A DNA stretch of 63,858 bases, the filler included, from Trichosphaerium sp. ATCC 40318 (Eukaryota; Protista; Tubulinea), in the NCBI GenBank assembly GCA_038496445.1. It is 3 parts of 3 records of this genome, joined end to end, with 100 filler letters (N's around TTAATTAATTAA, not from the genome) between each part and the next. Parts side by side here need not be neighbours in the genome. Positions count along the whole stretch, not along the records: positions 27,641 to 53,916 come from JALMLS010000398.1; 2 more parts are not named here. One strand, written 5' to 3'. The notes under the pieces were generated by a model, which worked only from the letters and a program-made list of their open reading frames with translations, ran no database searches and was not told the origin of the DNA. Below, piece after piece: positions 39,401-52,900 of this stretch (positions are counted from its first letter, which is position 1; the number at the start of each line of letters is the position of its first letter). The position numbers were made by a program, and so were the translations under genes.

Positions 39401-40590
39401 TAAATAGTTGTGTTATTACCTGAAAATGCCCTGGTTTATTAGGCACTGTAGACTATGACAATGCTTTCTTTTTGCCTTCAAAATAAGGCATTGATGCATG
39501 AGTTATGCCCTAATTTGAAGGCATAATTCCTTAAAATATGCAGGCAAAACCATTGCAATCTTGTGTACCAGATGCAAGCATTTTTCATCAAATATAAGGC
39601 ATTTTTGGAGCAAAAAATAAGGCATTGCCCTGTATTTGCCTTTTTGAATGAGGCAAAAACTAGGCATTTTTGTAAAAAATAAGGCATTATTTGATGAAAA
39701 TGCCTAGGCATTGTCCAAAAATGCCTTGTTGAGTTTCAGCCCTGTTTGAGTATGTACAAACCTGAAGTTAGAAGTTATGAGGCACAATTGGGGTAAATAC
39801 CGTACCCGTGTGCTTTTACCATTTTTGCCACACGGTCTGCATTGAAAAATATTAGCTAGGTGACGCGACGATATTGGTAAATACGCACCTAATCAACGGT
39901 TGCTCTATGTCAATATCTATCCCATACTTATTTGAATAATATTCCGAAAATGTAGGGGAATCTGGGTCTTGTTCATCGATCCTTAGCTTATCTAGCATCT
40001 GTTCGGGGAAGTAGTGATTGCTGTAGAAGTAAGTTTAGCTGTGTAAGAAAATAGTAAGAAAGCACTCACTAAGCAACGAAGGATACTCTATTACCGTAAG
40101 TGGTAACCATGGGTTTATTGTCTATGCAACCTATTGTACACTGTTAAATTAAACGCGTGAAGGTTGGATGAACTCACAATACTCCTTTAATGCATCGTAG
40201 GCAGTATCTGCAGTAGGAGTAAGCAACATCTAAAGACAAGAGAAACAACTTACATGTTCGGACACACTTGTAGATGCTGTCTACAAATATCATATCAAAA
40301 TCAAGGCACAAAAGCACATTGCAAGGTGCTGCTGCTCCTTCGTATATATCCATGGTATAAGACTCACACACTGGCTTTTGTCTTACTTGTTGACGCCCTA
40401 GCCTCAACTTAAAGTGGTAGTCAAGCTTCTTATGCATAACAAATTAGAACGTTGTCTTGATAATAACCATTAACGTACTAATTTTATAATGCTGTTTATG
40501 ATGTGGCTACGCACAGCATCATTTTCATTAACGTTAACTGTCTTAATGTGTCTGAATGATAACTCATGTGTACTTCTACTTTGCACCGGT
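36482..40590 (-). CDS. Argonaute/PIWI protein, mirror copy
   Basis: Reverse complement of 40958-45075. Confidence 0.88.
38750..39744. mobile_element. Non-autonomous TIR element D, mirror copy
   Basis: CAGGGCTGAAACTCA...TGAGTTTCAGCCCTG flanked by TT(T); AATGCC/GGCATT arrays. Confidence 0.88.
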
Positions 40591-40747
40591 GACAATGAAT
40601 ATAACCAGGTGCGCTCGTTGTAAACGCATTCAAGGTATCACTGGATCCGGGTTGTGAAGTACAGATCTACGCCGTTAAAAAGGTACGCTCCTGGGTTTTT
40701 TTTTTTTTTTTTTGGAAAATAGCTGTATTTTGAATTGTTTGTTTAGC

Positions 40748-43700
40748 TTGGGAACGAGGGAAAGCTGTCGGACATGGTTTTGGAATGGATTAACGAACGT
40801 TTCCCAAATACTCCGTGCGCATTAGTGTGAGTATTAGGTTATTGTTTATTGACCAGCCACGTAGTTGGTTACTGGGCGGTAGCATCCTGTATCTTCTAAC
40901 AGCTGTAATACCCGGTACGCGTTTACTTACTTTCTCATATTCTCATTGTTATTGCAGAGGTGCTAGAAAGTAGAAGTACACATGAGTTATCATTCAGACA
41001 CATTAAGACAGTTAACGTTAATGAAAATGATGCTGTGCGTAGCCACATCATAAACAGCATTATAAAATTAGTACGTTAATGGTTATTATCAAGACAACGT
41101 TCTAATTTGTTATGCATAAGAAGCTTGACTACCACTTTAAGTTGAGGCTAGGGCGTCAACAAGTAAGACAAAAGCCAGTGTGTGAGTCTTATACCATGGA
41201 TATATACGAAGGAGCAGCAGCACCTTGCAATGTGCTTTTGTGCCTTGATTTTGATATGATATTTGTAGACAGCATCTACAAGTGTGTCCGAACATGTAAG
41301 TTGTTTCTCTTGTCTTTAGATGTTGCTTACTCCTACTGCAGATACTGCCTACGATGCATTAAAGGAGTATTGTGAGTTCATCCAACCTTCACGCGTTTAA
41401 TTTAACAGTGTACAATAGGTTGCATAGACAATAAACCCATGGTTACCACTTACGGTAATAGAGTATCCTTCGTTGCTTAGTGAGTGCTTTCTTACTATTT
41501 TCTTACACAGCTAAACTTACTTCTACAGCAATCACTACTTCCCCGAACAGATGCTAGATAAGCTAAGGATCGATGAACAAGACCCAGATTCCCCTACATT
41601 TTCGGAATATTATTCAAATAAGTATGGGATAGATATTGACATAGAGCAACCGTTGATTAGGTGCGTATTTACCAATATCGTCGCGTCACCTAGCTAATAT
41701 TTTTCAATGCAGACCGTGTGGCAAAAATGGTAAAAGCACACGGGTACGGTATTTACCCCAATTGTGCCTCATAACTTCTAACTTCAGGTTTGTACATACT
41801 CAAACAGGGCTGAAACTCAACAAGGCATTTTTGGACAATGCCTAGGCATTTTCATCAAATAATGCCTTATTTTTTACAAAAATGCCTAGTTTTTGCCTCA
41901 TTCAAAAAGGCAAATACAGGGCAATGCCTTATTTTTTGCTCCAAAAATGCCTTATATTTGATGAAAAATGCTTGCATCTGGTACACAAGATTGCAATGGT
42001 TTTGCCTGCATATTTTAAGGAATTATGCCTTCAAATTAGGGCATAACTCATGCATCAATGCCTTATTTTGAAGGCAAAAAGAAAGCATTGTCATAGTCTA
42101 CAGTGCCTAATAAACCAGGGCATTTTCAGGTAATAACACAACTATTTATTTTATAATACAGTACACATACAATACACAAAACTCCTAAGTCCACATTTGA
42201 AAAAACCTTAAAGAAAATATGAGATGGGGGAAAAAAAAAAAAAAAAAAAACTTACCTTGTAGTGTTAGAATTCCGCGGTCCTGGAAATATCGCGGAGTTC
42301 ACTCCTACTACTGTTGTAGGTGAAATAGGGTGCTGCGGTTCGTTTGGCGGTGGTTTCGTCTAATTTCATGAATTACTAAGAGCGCTAGGTGCCTATCTAT
42401 ATAAAACGTCAGTAGGTGATGTGAAAAAAAAAGTGTAAAAGTTGTTTGACTGTTACTTACCTTAAACCACTTCCTTAATGTGATCAGTCCCTATGATATA
42501 GTATAGGCAATGCCTTATATATGAATTAAAATACAAGGCATACATTGCTTAAAAAAATAAGGCATAATAAAGGCATAAAATACTTGCAATACAGAAATAC
42601 AAGGCATTACCTGATTTTATGCAATGCCAAAAGATGCCCAAAAATGCCTGGTATTAATGCCTTTTTGATGAAGGCATTGCCTTTTTGTAAAAATGCCTTA
42701 TTTTATTGGGCATTGCCAAATGCAAATGCCTTGATTTTGCCATCTAATGCCAAATGTTAGGAATATGCATTATTTTTTAAGGCAATGCCTAGCTGAGTTT
42801 CAGCCCTGAAAGAATACTTTTGTAACTTGTGTTTAGTGCCCACGAATCCCAAGTTATCAAAAAGACGACAGATTTAGAGCCATGGGATAGATACAAAAGT
42901 ATCAAGGAGGCTAAAAATCTTCTTCAAAGCGCGGAAACAGTACCAGCGCTCAAGCACTGGAATTTTAAAATGGATTTTGACCCATTGCAATTTTATGGTC
43001 GGTTGGTAAACCCTATCAGGTGCGTATTCACTAATTGTATGACCATTCAGACATCATAATGTTATGTACTTAGATTAGATACGGGGAAAGAGACAATAAC
43101 TGTTGATCAAAAAACACGTTATTGGAACACGCATACAGTGGCAAGAGGCTTGAACACCCCCTTGATACCTGTGTTGCTATTGTCCCTCAAGACAAAGCTC
43201 GTATTGTTGTTGAAGCTTTTTTAAGGCAAATGTATAAGTTTGGAATGTTTACAAAAGATGCCTCTGTAAAAGAGGTGTGCTACGACAAGTACGGTAAAAT
43301 AGATCCGGCAGCGCTCGACAGTTTAGCTAAATGTGGCTTTGTCCTTGTTGTATTTTCAGAAGTATGCGAAGGTGGTGATCTATACACAGCTATCAAAACC
43401 AGGCTCAACCAATACAACATTGTATCTCAATGTATTCACAGCCGGTACCTAATAAGCTAGCAACTTTTCTAATGTTTTTTTTTTTTAAATTGACCATGTT
43501 CTATTGCTCACGTATTGTTTCTTTTTTAGCAAAGCGTTGGTGGGAAAGAGTCTACATAAGGCATGTGTTCAGGCACGTATAGAGGATACTGTTTGTGTTT
43601 AACAAAAAATTCAAACTTGCTAAGTGTACGTAAGGCTGTAAAAAAGATGGGCGGATTGCCATGGTCCATAAAAAACTGGGGTCACGATGGCATCAATCCC

Positions 43701-45075
43701 GAGTTGTTATCTACCACGGTAATATGCGGTATCGCCGAATCATTGGTAGATGCCAATCGGTGGATGTGCATGTGCGTCCAATATTACGTGAACGCCCTCA
43801 CTAGTTGTAAGGTTTGCAATGTACGGAACTTGGGATGGCGGGTACCCAAGCGAATGGGTGTACTCCAAGCAAGTAACATCTGACGCAGATGGAAATGCAC
43901 CTGCGGTACGACTATCAACCATCCTTTTTGCATTCGCATTAGCTAATACCTTTATTTCCGTTAGAAATGGTTTGAGGATGTCTTTAGCCGTATGAAAGTG
44001 GTACCCTACTTTTTAAGCTAAGCTGTATCTTAGGACATAAAAGTTCCACCGGAGGTTATCCGAGATATCTCATAATATATCGGTATGGTTATGTAAATGC
44101 TGCATGTTTGTTACTAACATTTAAAAAGTACAGGTGGTGTGGCATCCAGAGATGCCGAGATCAATGGTATTGCAGATCTCTTAAAGGTGCTTCTCTCTTT
44201 TTTTTTTTTTTTTTTTTTTTCCGTTTTTTGGGATGGACAGCTTGTTTCATTAACCGCGATTTTCTAGTCTTATTGCGTGACCGGAGACACATGTCATGTA
44301 ATCACGATGCAATACATTTGCGTCTATAGACGCGTGAAGGCGCGGTTCATGGCGCTGACGCAAAGCGGTAACAAAGCGTTTGTTTTTATTTTTTTAGTGT
44401 GAGTAGAGGTTGTTAACCTAATACTCGTGTACTTCTTTAGGTGGTGTTGACAATCTTGAGCCTGGGACTGTCATACAGGAACCTTTCTTCGGACTACACG
44501 ATCCAGCACAGGTTGTAGAGTCTGTCAAAGCTTCAGAAGCGGAAACAATTTGCGCTATTGAAGAGTATGCAGATCCGTCCAGAATTGTGCATACGGATGG
44601 TGATATGCCAACCTATGGTGAAGATGATGAGGGTGCTATGATCCCTACTACACATTGGCCCATGCGCCATTTTATCTTACAATCCCACATAGGGAATAAT
44701 ATTGTACAGCTTATTTGAGTTTTGGTATTATTCAGTCACCTTTTTAATTGTGTTTTTTTTTTTTCGTAGGGGGAGGACGGCCACAAACAGTCGACAAGAC
44801 CAACGCGATATGAGATTTTGTTCGATACCGCAACAGCAGAATTTGACCAAACTGTTATTGTACAACTAACATATGGCCTCTGTTTGCTATATTTTAACGC
44901 GAACCGTATGACACATTTTTAACAGTATTTGAAACTTTTCTCATTGCTTGTATTCTTAGATGCTATTTCGATTCCATCACCTCTACGCATGGCTAAACGA
45001 GGAGCTAGAATGTGCTCAAAACATTTGAATGCCACGGGCATTAGCACAGCTATGTCTGCATCAGCTGTTTTGTAG
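40748..45075 (+). CDS. Argonaute/PIWI-family protein, predicted slicer-dead, multi-exon; N-terminus cut by the palindrome centre
   Basis: PAZ: TFSEYYSNKYGIDIDIEQPLI, YLPQLCLIT. L2: DLEPWDRY. MID: LYTAIK...IVSQCI, KMGGLPW. PIWI: VICGIAES, LIIYRTG, YICVYRRVKARF, NLEPGTVI, HFILQSH, STRPTRYEIL, QLTYGLCLLYFN, ISIPSPLRMAKR. Confidence 0.92.
41805..42808. mobile_element. Non-autonomous TIR element D inside an Argonaute intron
   Basis: 15-bp perfect TIR CAGGGCTGAAACTCA, AA(A) on both sides, subterminal AATGCC/GGCATT arrays. Flanking exons join as NF-S-AHESQ. Confidence 0.9.
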
Positions 45076-45376
45076 GGGAGGGCTGCGAAAACCCAACACA
45101 TAAAAAGCACCTTTTTTTTTTTTTGTATATAGCTGTATATAATATGTATATAATAAATGCAATCACAATTTAACTCTGTTGTATGTATAGAGCTATATTA
45201 TGTAACCATTTCACACGGGCTTAAACGCTTTATTTAACACAGTATAACAAGTCTGTAACATATGAAGGTGTAAAACCGAGTTGGTAAACGCACAATAAAT
45301 CATTTAAAATCAATCTTCGACCTACCTGGCCTTTTTCTTTTAGAGCTGAGCTAGCCTTTCGATGCTCTTCCAAACC

Positions 45377-48300
45377 TCACAATGCAATCCGGTCAAATCT
45401 GTACACGAATGGTAATGTTTCAGTCTACAAAAACCGTACACAACGGTCGGAAAGCCACTTGTCGTAATACGACCGCTTGTATACAGTGTCAAAAAGGTAT
45501 AAAGCACGAAAAGAATTTATTTGAACAATCCACGTGGCTGGATTTAGTAACGTACCTCATGTGACAACAAACCCACAAGCCAGTGTTTTCGTAATCCACT
45601 TTGGCTACATCGAACTGCAAGACTCTGATCGGATTCTTGTACATGAAGCACAATTGCAATCTTTCGCTGACTACGTGGACGCAAGGTACTGCCGGGTGAT
45701 CTACCTTGCCTTCTGTCACTCCTCCGGGGCCAGTTGTAGTGAAATAGTCGAAAGACAGGGAACTGTCTTCCTTCTTCACAAACTTGTTGTACTCCCTACA
45801 CTGATCATCTGCCAAGTTCACGCACATAGAATCGAGAGGATATCTTTTGTCTATTTTATTGCTTGCAAAGTTCTTGCATCTAGATGGGGGTACAGTTGGT
45901 CAACAGAAAGAAGAAAAAAAAAAGAGGAAGCACCCACAAGGTTAATCTAAAACCCGACACTGTCAATTCTGCCCTAGACACGCGCTCCACGCCACCGCCC
46001 ATATTGTGTCTTGTCCAGTTGCCGTAATATCCAGTCTTTTTACACCCGTCGTTGCATTCCGTGCTTTGCAAGTCCTCTGAACTCCGACCACAATCAACAC
46101 AGAATTGGAGTTTGGGGTTGTTGACAATGTCTTTGCGCATAAGTTCAAATCTATGGTGCATCGCCTTCACCGCGTCACTGTGCTTCTTGGACCTAACAGA
46201 CAATGGTGAGGTTTTTTTCTTTAGGAAGAATATTTAACTGCATCAAACGCATACGGCTCTGTTTCTTTTTTACTTGTTTTGCCTTCCTTGCCCGCTGTTG
46301 CGTTTTTTGAGTACTTGTACTTTGTGAAAATATTCTTAACGCATTCCTGCAGCGATTTCTTTTCTAGCAAGTCATTGGATAGCTGACTGTAAGTGCTGTA
46401 CGAGGGCTTTCCCTCGCTATCCGTCTCGAACAGCTTTTGATGAAATGGCCGCACCTCCCACACCATTTTGCCACTGCGACTAGAAATTATTGCCCTGTGA
46501 TTAAAATTTAGGATGCCTTGGTATCCAGGCGGCGCATAAACCACAGAGTTAGGTGCAACGTTGATTTTGCAGGAGCTATTGTTAGTTCTGTCAGTGTACT
46601 CTATTGCAAAGCCTTCCACCGTCTCGCACAGTGCGTTAGGTTTCCCCAACTCAAAAAAATCATAAACAGTGAGCACTGGCACCTATAGAGAAACAAATGA
46701 GATAGACCTTTTGGACAAACAGAGAAAGTAACAATAACCATACAATAAAAAAACAAAAAAACAAAACGCACATTTGCATCCACACCATACTCCTTGTTGT
46801 CGTCTCGGTGATATCCCATGCCCACCGCCTGCCTTCCCTTTTTGGGCTTCTTCTTTTTGTGTTTGTTGCTAGCATCTGTATCTTCTTGTAGTCCTGGCGA
46901 TATATGTACTGTAACAGACAAACAGAAGTCTTTTTCTTGCAAGCCATTTGCATCCGCCAAGGCCTTAAAGTTGTACCCTTGAGCGTAAGGCTCTACACAG
47001 AGAGCCAAAAACATCAAAGGGACGATGTCCCAAGGAATTGATTTCCTTCCAATGGCTATCCTGTTGTCAGAAAATATGTGGCCTCCACCGACCGGATGAA
47101 CTGCTCCCACCAGCCTAGAGTTTGTGGTCAGTCCATTGCCACACAAACAGAGCAAAGACTCACCGCCCTGTGGGCATGTTGAACGTCTTTGAGGTCTCCA
47201 GCGCCAGCATATCCACGCCTACCTTGCTGATGAGCGACCTTGCACCCTCGCTCCAGACTCTTTCACTGTACAATAAAGGATTCGAAAGATTGCTAACGCA
47301 TTTCCTTTTGCTTGTCACCTTGTAGGATTTCTTTTCTAGTTGCACTTTCCTATCTCGGTGGTGCACCGTTAGTTCAGTTTATTTGCCTTTTGTCTTTGTA
47401 ACCTCACCTGAAGAACGCTTTCTCCAAGCTTTGTTTATCTCCATCTGACAGGTTTAGAAGCTTTCTTTGCACTTCTCTCATTGGCTTCTCCGCGTTCATT
47501 GCTCTGTAGCAAAACTTTGTTTAAAGACATTTTTGCAAAGGTGATAAATAGCACGTACTCTCCTAAGATACCATCGATCGTTGCTGCCACAGGTCCACCT
47601 TCCTCCACTGACATCCGCTCCACCTCACTTTGCGCTGCAATCGAAGTGCAGTAGCCCGTGTCTTGCAGCTCCATAAGATCAAACTTGTTTGGACGCTCGA
47701 CAACCGCATGATCACTGTCAGTTTGCATTTGGTTGACCTCTGCTTCGATGGGACTGTCCTCGCTGTCGTTGAGTTGCATCTGTTGGTTACGCTCCTCGAC
47801 AATCAACTCAACTGGCGCTGCACAGGTCTCCTGATGCACAGTCGCTGGAACACTGTCTCTGTCAATTTGCATTGCACAGTCATCCACCATCTGTTCTACC
47901 TGCGTGGAACGTTTCTTCTTCTTTTCATTCTCTTTAACTGGCGCTGCATAGGTCTTCTGATGCGCAGTCGCTAAAACACTGTCTCTGTCAATTTGCATTG
48001 CGCAGTCATCCACCATCTGTTCTACCTGCGTGGAACGTTTCTTCTTCTTCTCCGCTGTAAATACTTTCTGTTGCATAGTCTTGTTCTGCAGCAAACTCTT
48101 GACGTTGATAGGTAACGGAAGAAGGGATTTGCCAATGCCTTGGTACACATAAATACACGTCGGCTCACTGCTAAAGATGGTCATTTGCGCATTTTCTTTC
48201 TCTTAAACAACGAACCAACCAAAAGAAGATTTTTAAATAGTAGTAGTAAAAAGAAGGCACATACAGAGTTACCACCATAACAAGACCGGATTGCATCGTG

Positions 48301-48485
48301 TGCAAGGTAAAACGCGTTGATTCGCCTAGCTCTGCTCGTATTTGTCGTTTCCCTCGCCTGGTCACCATGTCAGTGCCGTGGGTTTTCTTTTGTTTAGCGG
48401 CTCTTCTCTTTCTACGCTGTCCTGGCGAAATAAACTTTGCATTTGTGGCGCCTTTCTTGATTGTAGAGCTACCACCATGAGGCAT
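45377..48485 (-). CDS. AlkB-SRA fusion gene, mirror copy (reading frame intact here)
   Basis: Reverse complement of 33074-36180; ORF 45880-46203 reads through NNPKLQFCVDC...SRAELTVSGFR. Confidence 0.65.
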
Positions 48486-49900
48486 CGAGCGGTAGAGGTT
48501 ATTTGAGCGATTGTGCGTCTTAACAGGCTGTTTTGAGCGTCGGTGGTTTCGAACTGTGTGCGTGTAGCTTAAAACGTGCGGTTTTAACTAATGCGAAAGT
48601 AAATTGGGCGACGTACGACCTAAAAACTCTTTTATTCGCTTGTACATTTTTTCTTCGCGGTAAAACAGAGTCTCCACGCGTTTTCTACGCGCAGGCAACC
48701 GTTTCAGCCCACTCTCACCCCATCAAGAAAGATAATAGGAGACGGTAATTTTCAGTTGACTAGATCCGACCCTTTAGTTATAAAACAGCTTCACAATGCG
48801 CTCTCTCTGCACGTAGATTCGGAAAACAGCACCAAAACAAAAACTAGGTAGGTATTGCTGCAAAACTGCGCTACAGCACATAAAAAGGCGCAACAAATAA
48901 CTATTTAGGCAAGGCACTCACAAGGATCAAAAATACAGGCTCACAAGGCCACTACAAACAAGTTTATTTCTTTTCCAAAAATATAGAACCGGCAAAACCT
49001 GCAAATACTGTCAGAAATTTATAATGAGAGGGGATGCGTACAGGTTATGGGCCAAGAGGATAAAAAAGAAAAAAATGTTCACGGAAGTAAAAGCCTATCG
49101 TCCAAGCAAGCGCGTTCTACAGGAATGTGTCAGAAACTGTGCGTTACCAAAGCAGAGAGACGTACAGTTACTTCGACAATAACAAAAAAAAAAAACACTT
49201 CTATAGGTTTGTTTCTACCACCATAGCTCTACGCTACGCTTGAATGTATTAGCAATGTAAAGAATTGACGAATAAAGCGTATTTACCCTTAAAAAACGAG
49301 CGGAGCGTGCTCTTAGTTCCGAAAATGTTTCTATGCTGTTACATCCGCTACATTGAAGGGTTTATAATCAACAACGGGAGGAAACGACGGTACCTGCTAA
49401 AAGCGAACCAGAATTAGGTGAGCAATGCGTAAAAAACTGAGCGTGGTTGGGCAGAGGAGGGGCTGCTGCGGGCCCTGTAGCACATTAGCGAGGAAAAAGG
49501 TTGGAATAATAACCGCGTACTTTGGTCGAAGTAATCGGCTCGTTTTTGCGCCCGTCTTGGATAGCCCTTCGTACCCAAACGCTCTATTCTTCGCATACTT
49601 CAATAAAGCCGCTGGCGGGTATTCTCACAGCACAGAGAGGCGTAGTAACTCTGTCGGGTACACCCTGACCAGCGGTAGCCTTTTTTTGATAGGTACGACG
49701 TGTGTTTAGAGCGTTGGAACGGAACCATTTTATGATAAAGTCAACGCAAGCATGAAAAAGTCTCGTCTTTTCAGCATGTTACGTACATGTTGCCTCGTAC
49801 ACGCAATAAATTGCTGTTTGGGTGCTCTTGGAACACTCAGAGTCGATACGGTTTGAATAAACGGCTACCCCTTTACGCAACTACAGTTTCTATCCGCTTC

Positions 49901-52900
49901 TTACACTTTATTTACAACCTCAGTGCCATTTTTTCTCTTTCCTGTTTTGTTGGAGCTTTCGGTTCGGCTCTTTAACATGGTGGAGGTACGCGGCGACAAA
50001 GCCACGTACATCGTTTTGCCTATCTTCACTGTTTTTTCACCAAAAAAAACTTCACCTTTTCTGGGACTACCAATTATCATCTTTTTCAGTAATTCATTCA
50101 CAGATGCGCCCTCTGTTGTACTGACACCCGCAGTCACCTCGTCAGAACTGATTATCACTTTAGAAAATGGAGATATGTGTTCATCAGTTCCACGTTCATC
50201 AAATCCACGTTGATCAGGTATTGGGATTGCTCCTCTAGGCTTCCTAGAGACCTGCAACGCATCTGTGCGCGATCCCGAATCAGAACAATCGCCAGACTGG
50301 GACCCTGAATGGACGGTATCTGTACGTCTCCTCTTGGCGCCTCTGTTTCCACGTTGTGTGTCAGTACTGGTTGGCCTCTTTCGTTTCAGCTTTTTAGCTT
50401 CCTGCCTTTCAGCTGTGGCTGCCTCCGCTTGGTCCTGGCGTCGACCATACACAATTTCCAAGTGCGCTAGTACAACAATCAATTTTTTTAGAAAGCACAC
50501 ATACACGTATAATTGGTCAAACAACGCACATCTAACTTCATTGGATTCGGGGTACATCTCCTAAACAAAGAGAAATTAAGAACGGTTCATGGTATCGCGT
50601 GTGCGCACCAATAGCATTTGTTCAGCCAACTTGTGCAAGCCACCATCTGGCTCCTTGCATTTCAACAGCCTCTCGGACGCAGCGCTGAAAATCACTCTCT
50701 CGGTCAGCTTCTTGTACTTTGTGTAGCTCATATCGCCGTGGATGCCCCTCAACACACTGGTGTCCAAGGCGAGGTTGACAATCACTGTTTCCACTTGTTT
50801 GCAGGCTGTCTCTACCATTTGAAGCAGGTTGATGGCAAGTGTGGAGAACTTGGCTTTGGTTGACATGTTTTTGTAGCATTTGCTAGCTAAAGCGCACATG
50901 TACTAGAATAAAACGGAGTTAACAAATAGATATGCGCAAAGCAGCCCGTCCGTACAGGTTCCCTCCAATGTGGATTTATGTAAAATGCGCTCTTACAGTA
51001 TGCCTTTGCATTGTGGCCGCATCTATCTATCCCCAGCTATAATACAGCGTTAGTACTAAAAGAAAACCAACAAAATATGCACCTGGAGTTCATACTCTTT
51101 GAACTTAACTTCAAAACCGTGCAAGAAACACGCGGCCTTGGAGTACTCCTTCAAAGTAGCAACCTTTAAGGTCATGTATTTATGCAACCCCAATTCCGCT
51201 ACAAGCTCCGCTCTCAAAGTGACATAGTTGATCCTGATCTTGGATTTCTGAAGGACCTTGTACTGGTCCATGGATAAGGGTCCTCTATTTTTTTGTATTG
51301 CTCTCAATTGTTTTTTGTGTACGGATTCTTTTTGGTGTACGGATTCTATCTCGTCTACCCAAGCATTTCGAACGAATGCTTTTTGCACGTGAATAAGCTC
51401 TGTTGACAAAGGCATGGCTAAAATAGTTCTTAAGTTGTAACATGGTGACAAGCAATAGGGTTTACCTTCCATTTTAGTCCTTTTACTTGCCAGCCTCTGT
51501 GTCTTCGCCATAAGTACTTGCTCTATTGTGTTGCGTGTTTTGCTGAACCTGTTCACTCTAATACTCTCTGAGCTTTCTTTGTTACGAAGGCTGTTTGTTT
51601 TTGCATTAGATTGTAAGCTAGTAAGAACTTTAAACTGACCACAACCAAACTGCAAACGAGCGAAAGCCCGTTGTCCACATAGTGCCAGTGCGCATCTCCA
51701 TTCCTTCCACCACATTGTTGCCGAACACTGTCAAGCTTTTTGGCCCTGTGTGTGAAATTGTAAGTTAGTGCAACAGCCAATAAAGAAAAAGGAAGTTCTT
51801 CTTACTTTTAAATTTGCGATGTGTGTATTCTGTTAAAAAATCCCAATAATTAAAACTGCCATCTACAATGAAACCTCCAATGTCCCACACTTGCATTGAA
51901 TATTTTATACAATGGATAGAGTTCACTGTTTTCATTGGATGCAAGTAGTGCTTTTGGTTGACCTTTTTGGCCGTAGCTTTAGCCTTTGCTATTAGCATCC
52001 TTTGCTTTCTATTGTCTTCATCGCGATTAGCACTGTAGATGCGATCCAGGTCTTTCGAAAATCCTATCGCGTCACTACACAACACTATGTCAGGGGGGTT
52101 TTTTTTGAATCAAATATAAAAAAATTGGTACCAAAGTATTTGCAAACAAAGAAAAAGCAACCTTGGGTGGGAGTATTTGCCATCTAGCAAAAACACTTTT
52201 CGGCATACACCGTAGTATAGCATGGCCCTGAATTGCGTAAATAAAAGAAACAGGAAAACTAAAGAAGAGACGCACGAAAAACAAAAGCACCTTTGCTTTG
52301 TGAGAAGGCCTCGATCTGGATGTAGTGTTAAATCATCAAAGAAAAACTCTAAAGGTCCTTTTTCAGCGCGAACAAAAGCCCTCATAAGGTCGCTCTTGAG
52401 AATTTTAAGGTGACTTGTGTTTTTCTTGTGTGTATTACTAGGTTCTTCATCTGTGCCCAAGTAACGGCTATTGGTTCTTCTACACTTCGCCAGTATATCT
52501 TTGACAGCTGCAGACATCCGCTGCGCCATTTTCTCCTTTACAAATTGCTTCTCAGGCAGCGTTCCCATTACTATCTTGCCTTTCCGAAACACCTTGCTAC
52601 ACAAATCTTAATTTGCACTACTGCAAGCTCCTTTTACTTACACAAATCTGAGTGGATCGTATACCCCTTTGGGAGCCCCTTCTTGACAAATGTTCTTAGA
52701 TTTGAAGTCTAGAAAGCCACTGCTTTCCAATGGATTCAAAGTCATGTCCAGTAATTCCACGTCTAGACAGTAGATTATTAGATTATTCTCGCAAACAGCC
52801 CGCATGTGGCATACCCCCAACACTCGCATACTGTGAGTCTGCGTATATATCAAATTGATAGTCAGATATCTTGGTTCCGCCTCTATTGCTATCAAAAAGT

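Noticed and set aside
36482-45075. Two divergently arranged Argonaute paralogues
   Set aside because: They are mirror images within the palindrome and the 5' end is truncated; best treated as one gene.
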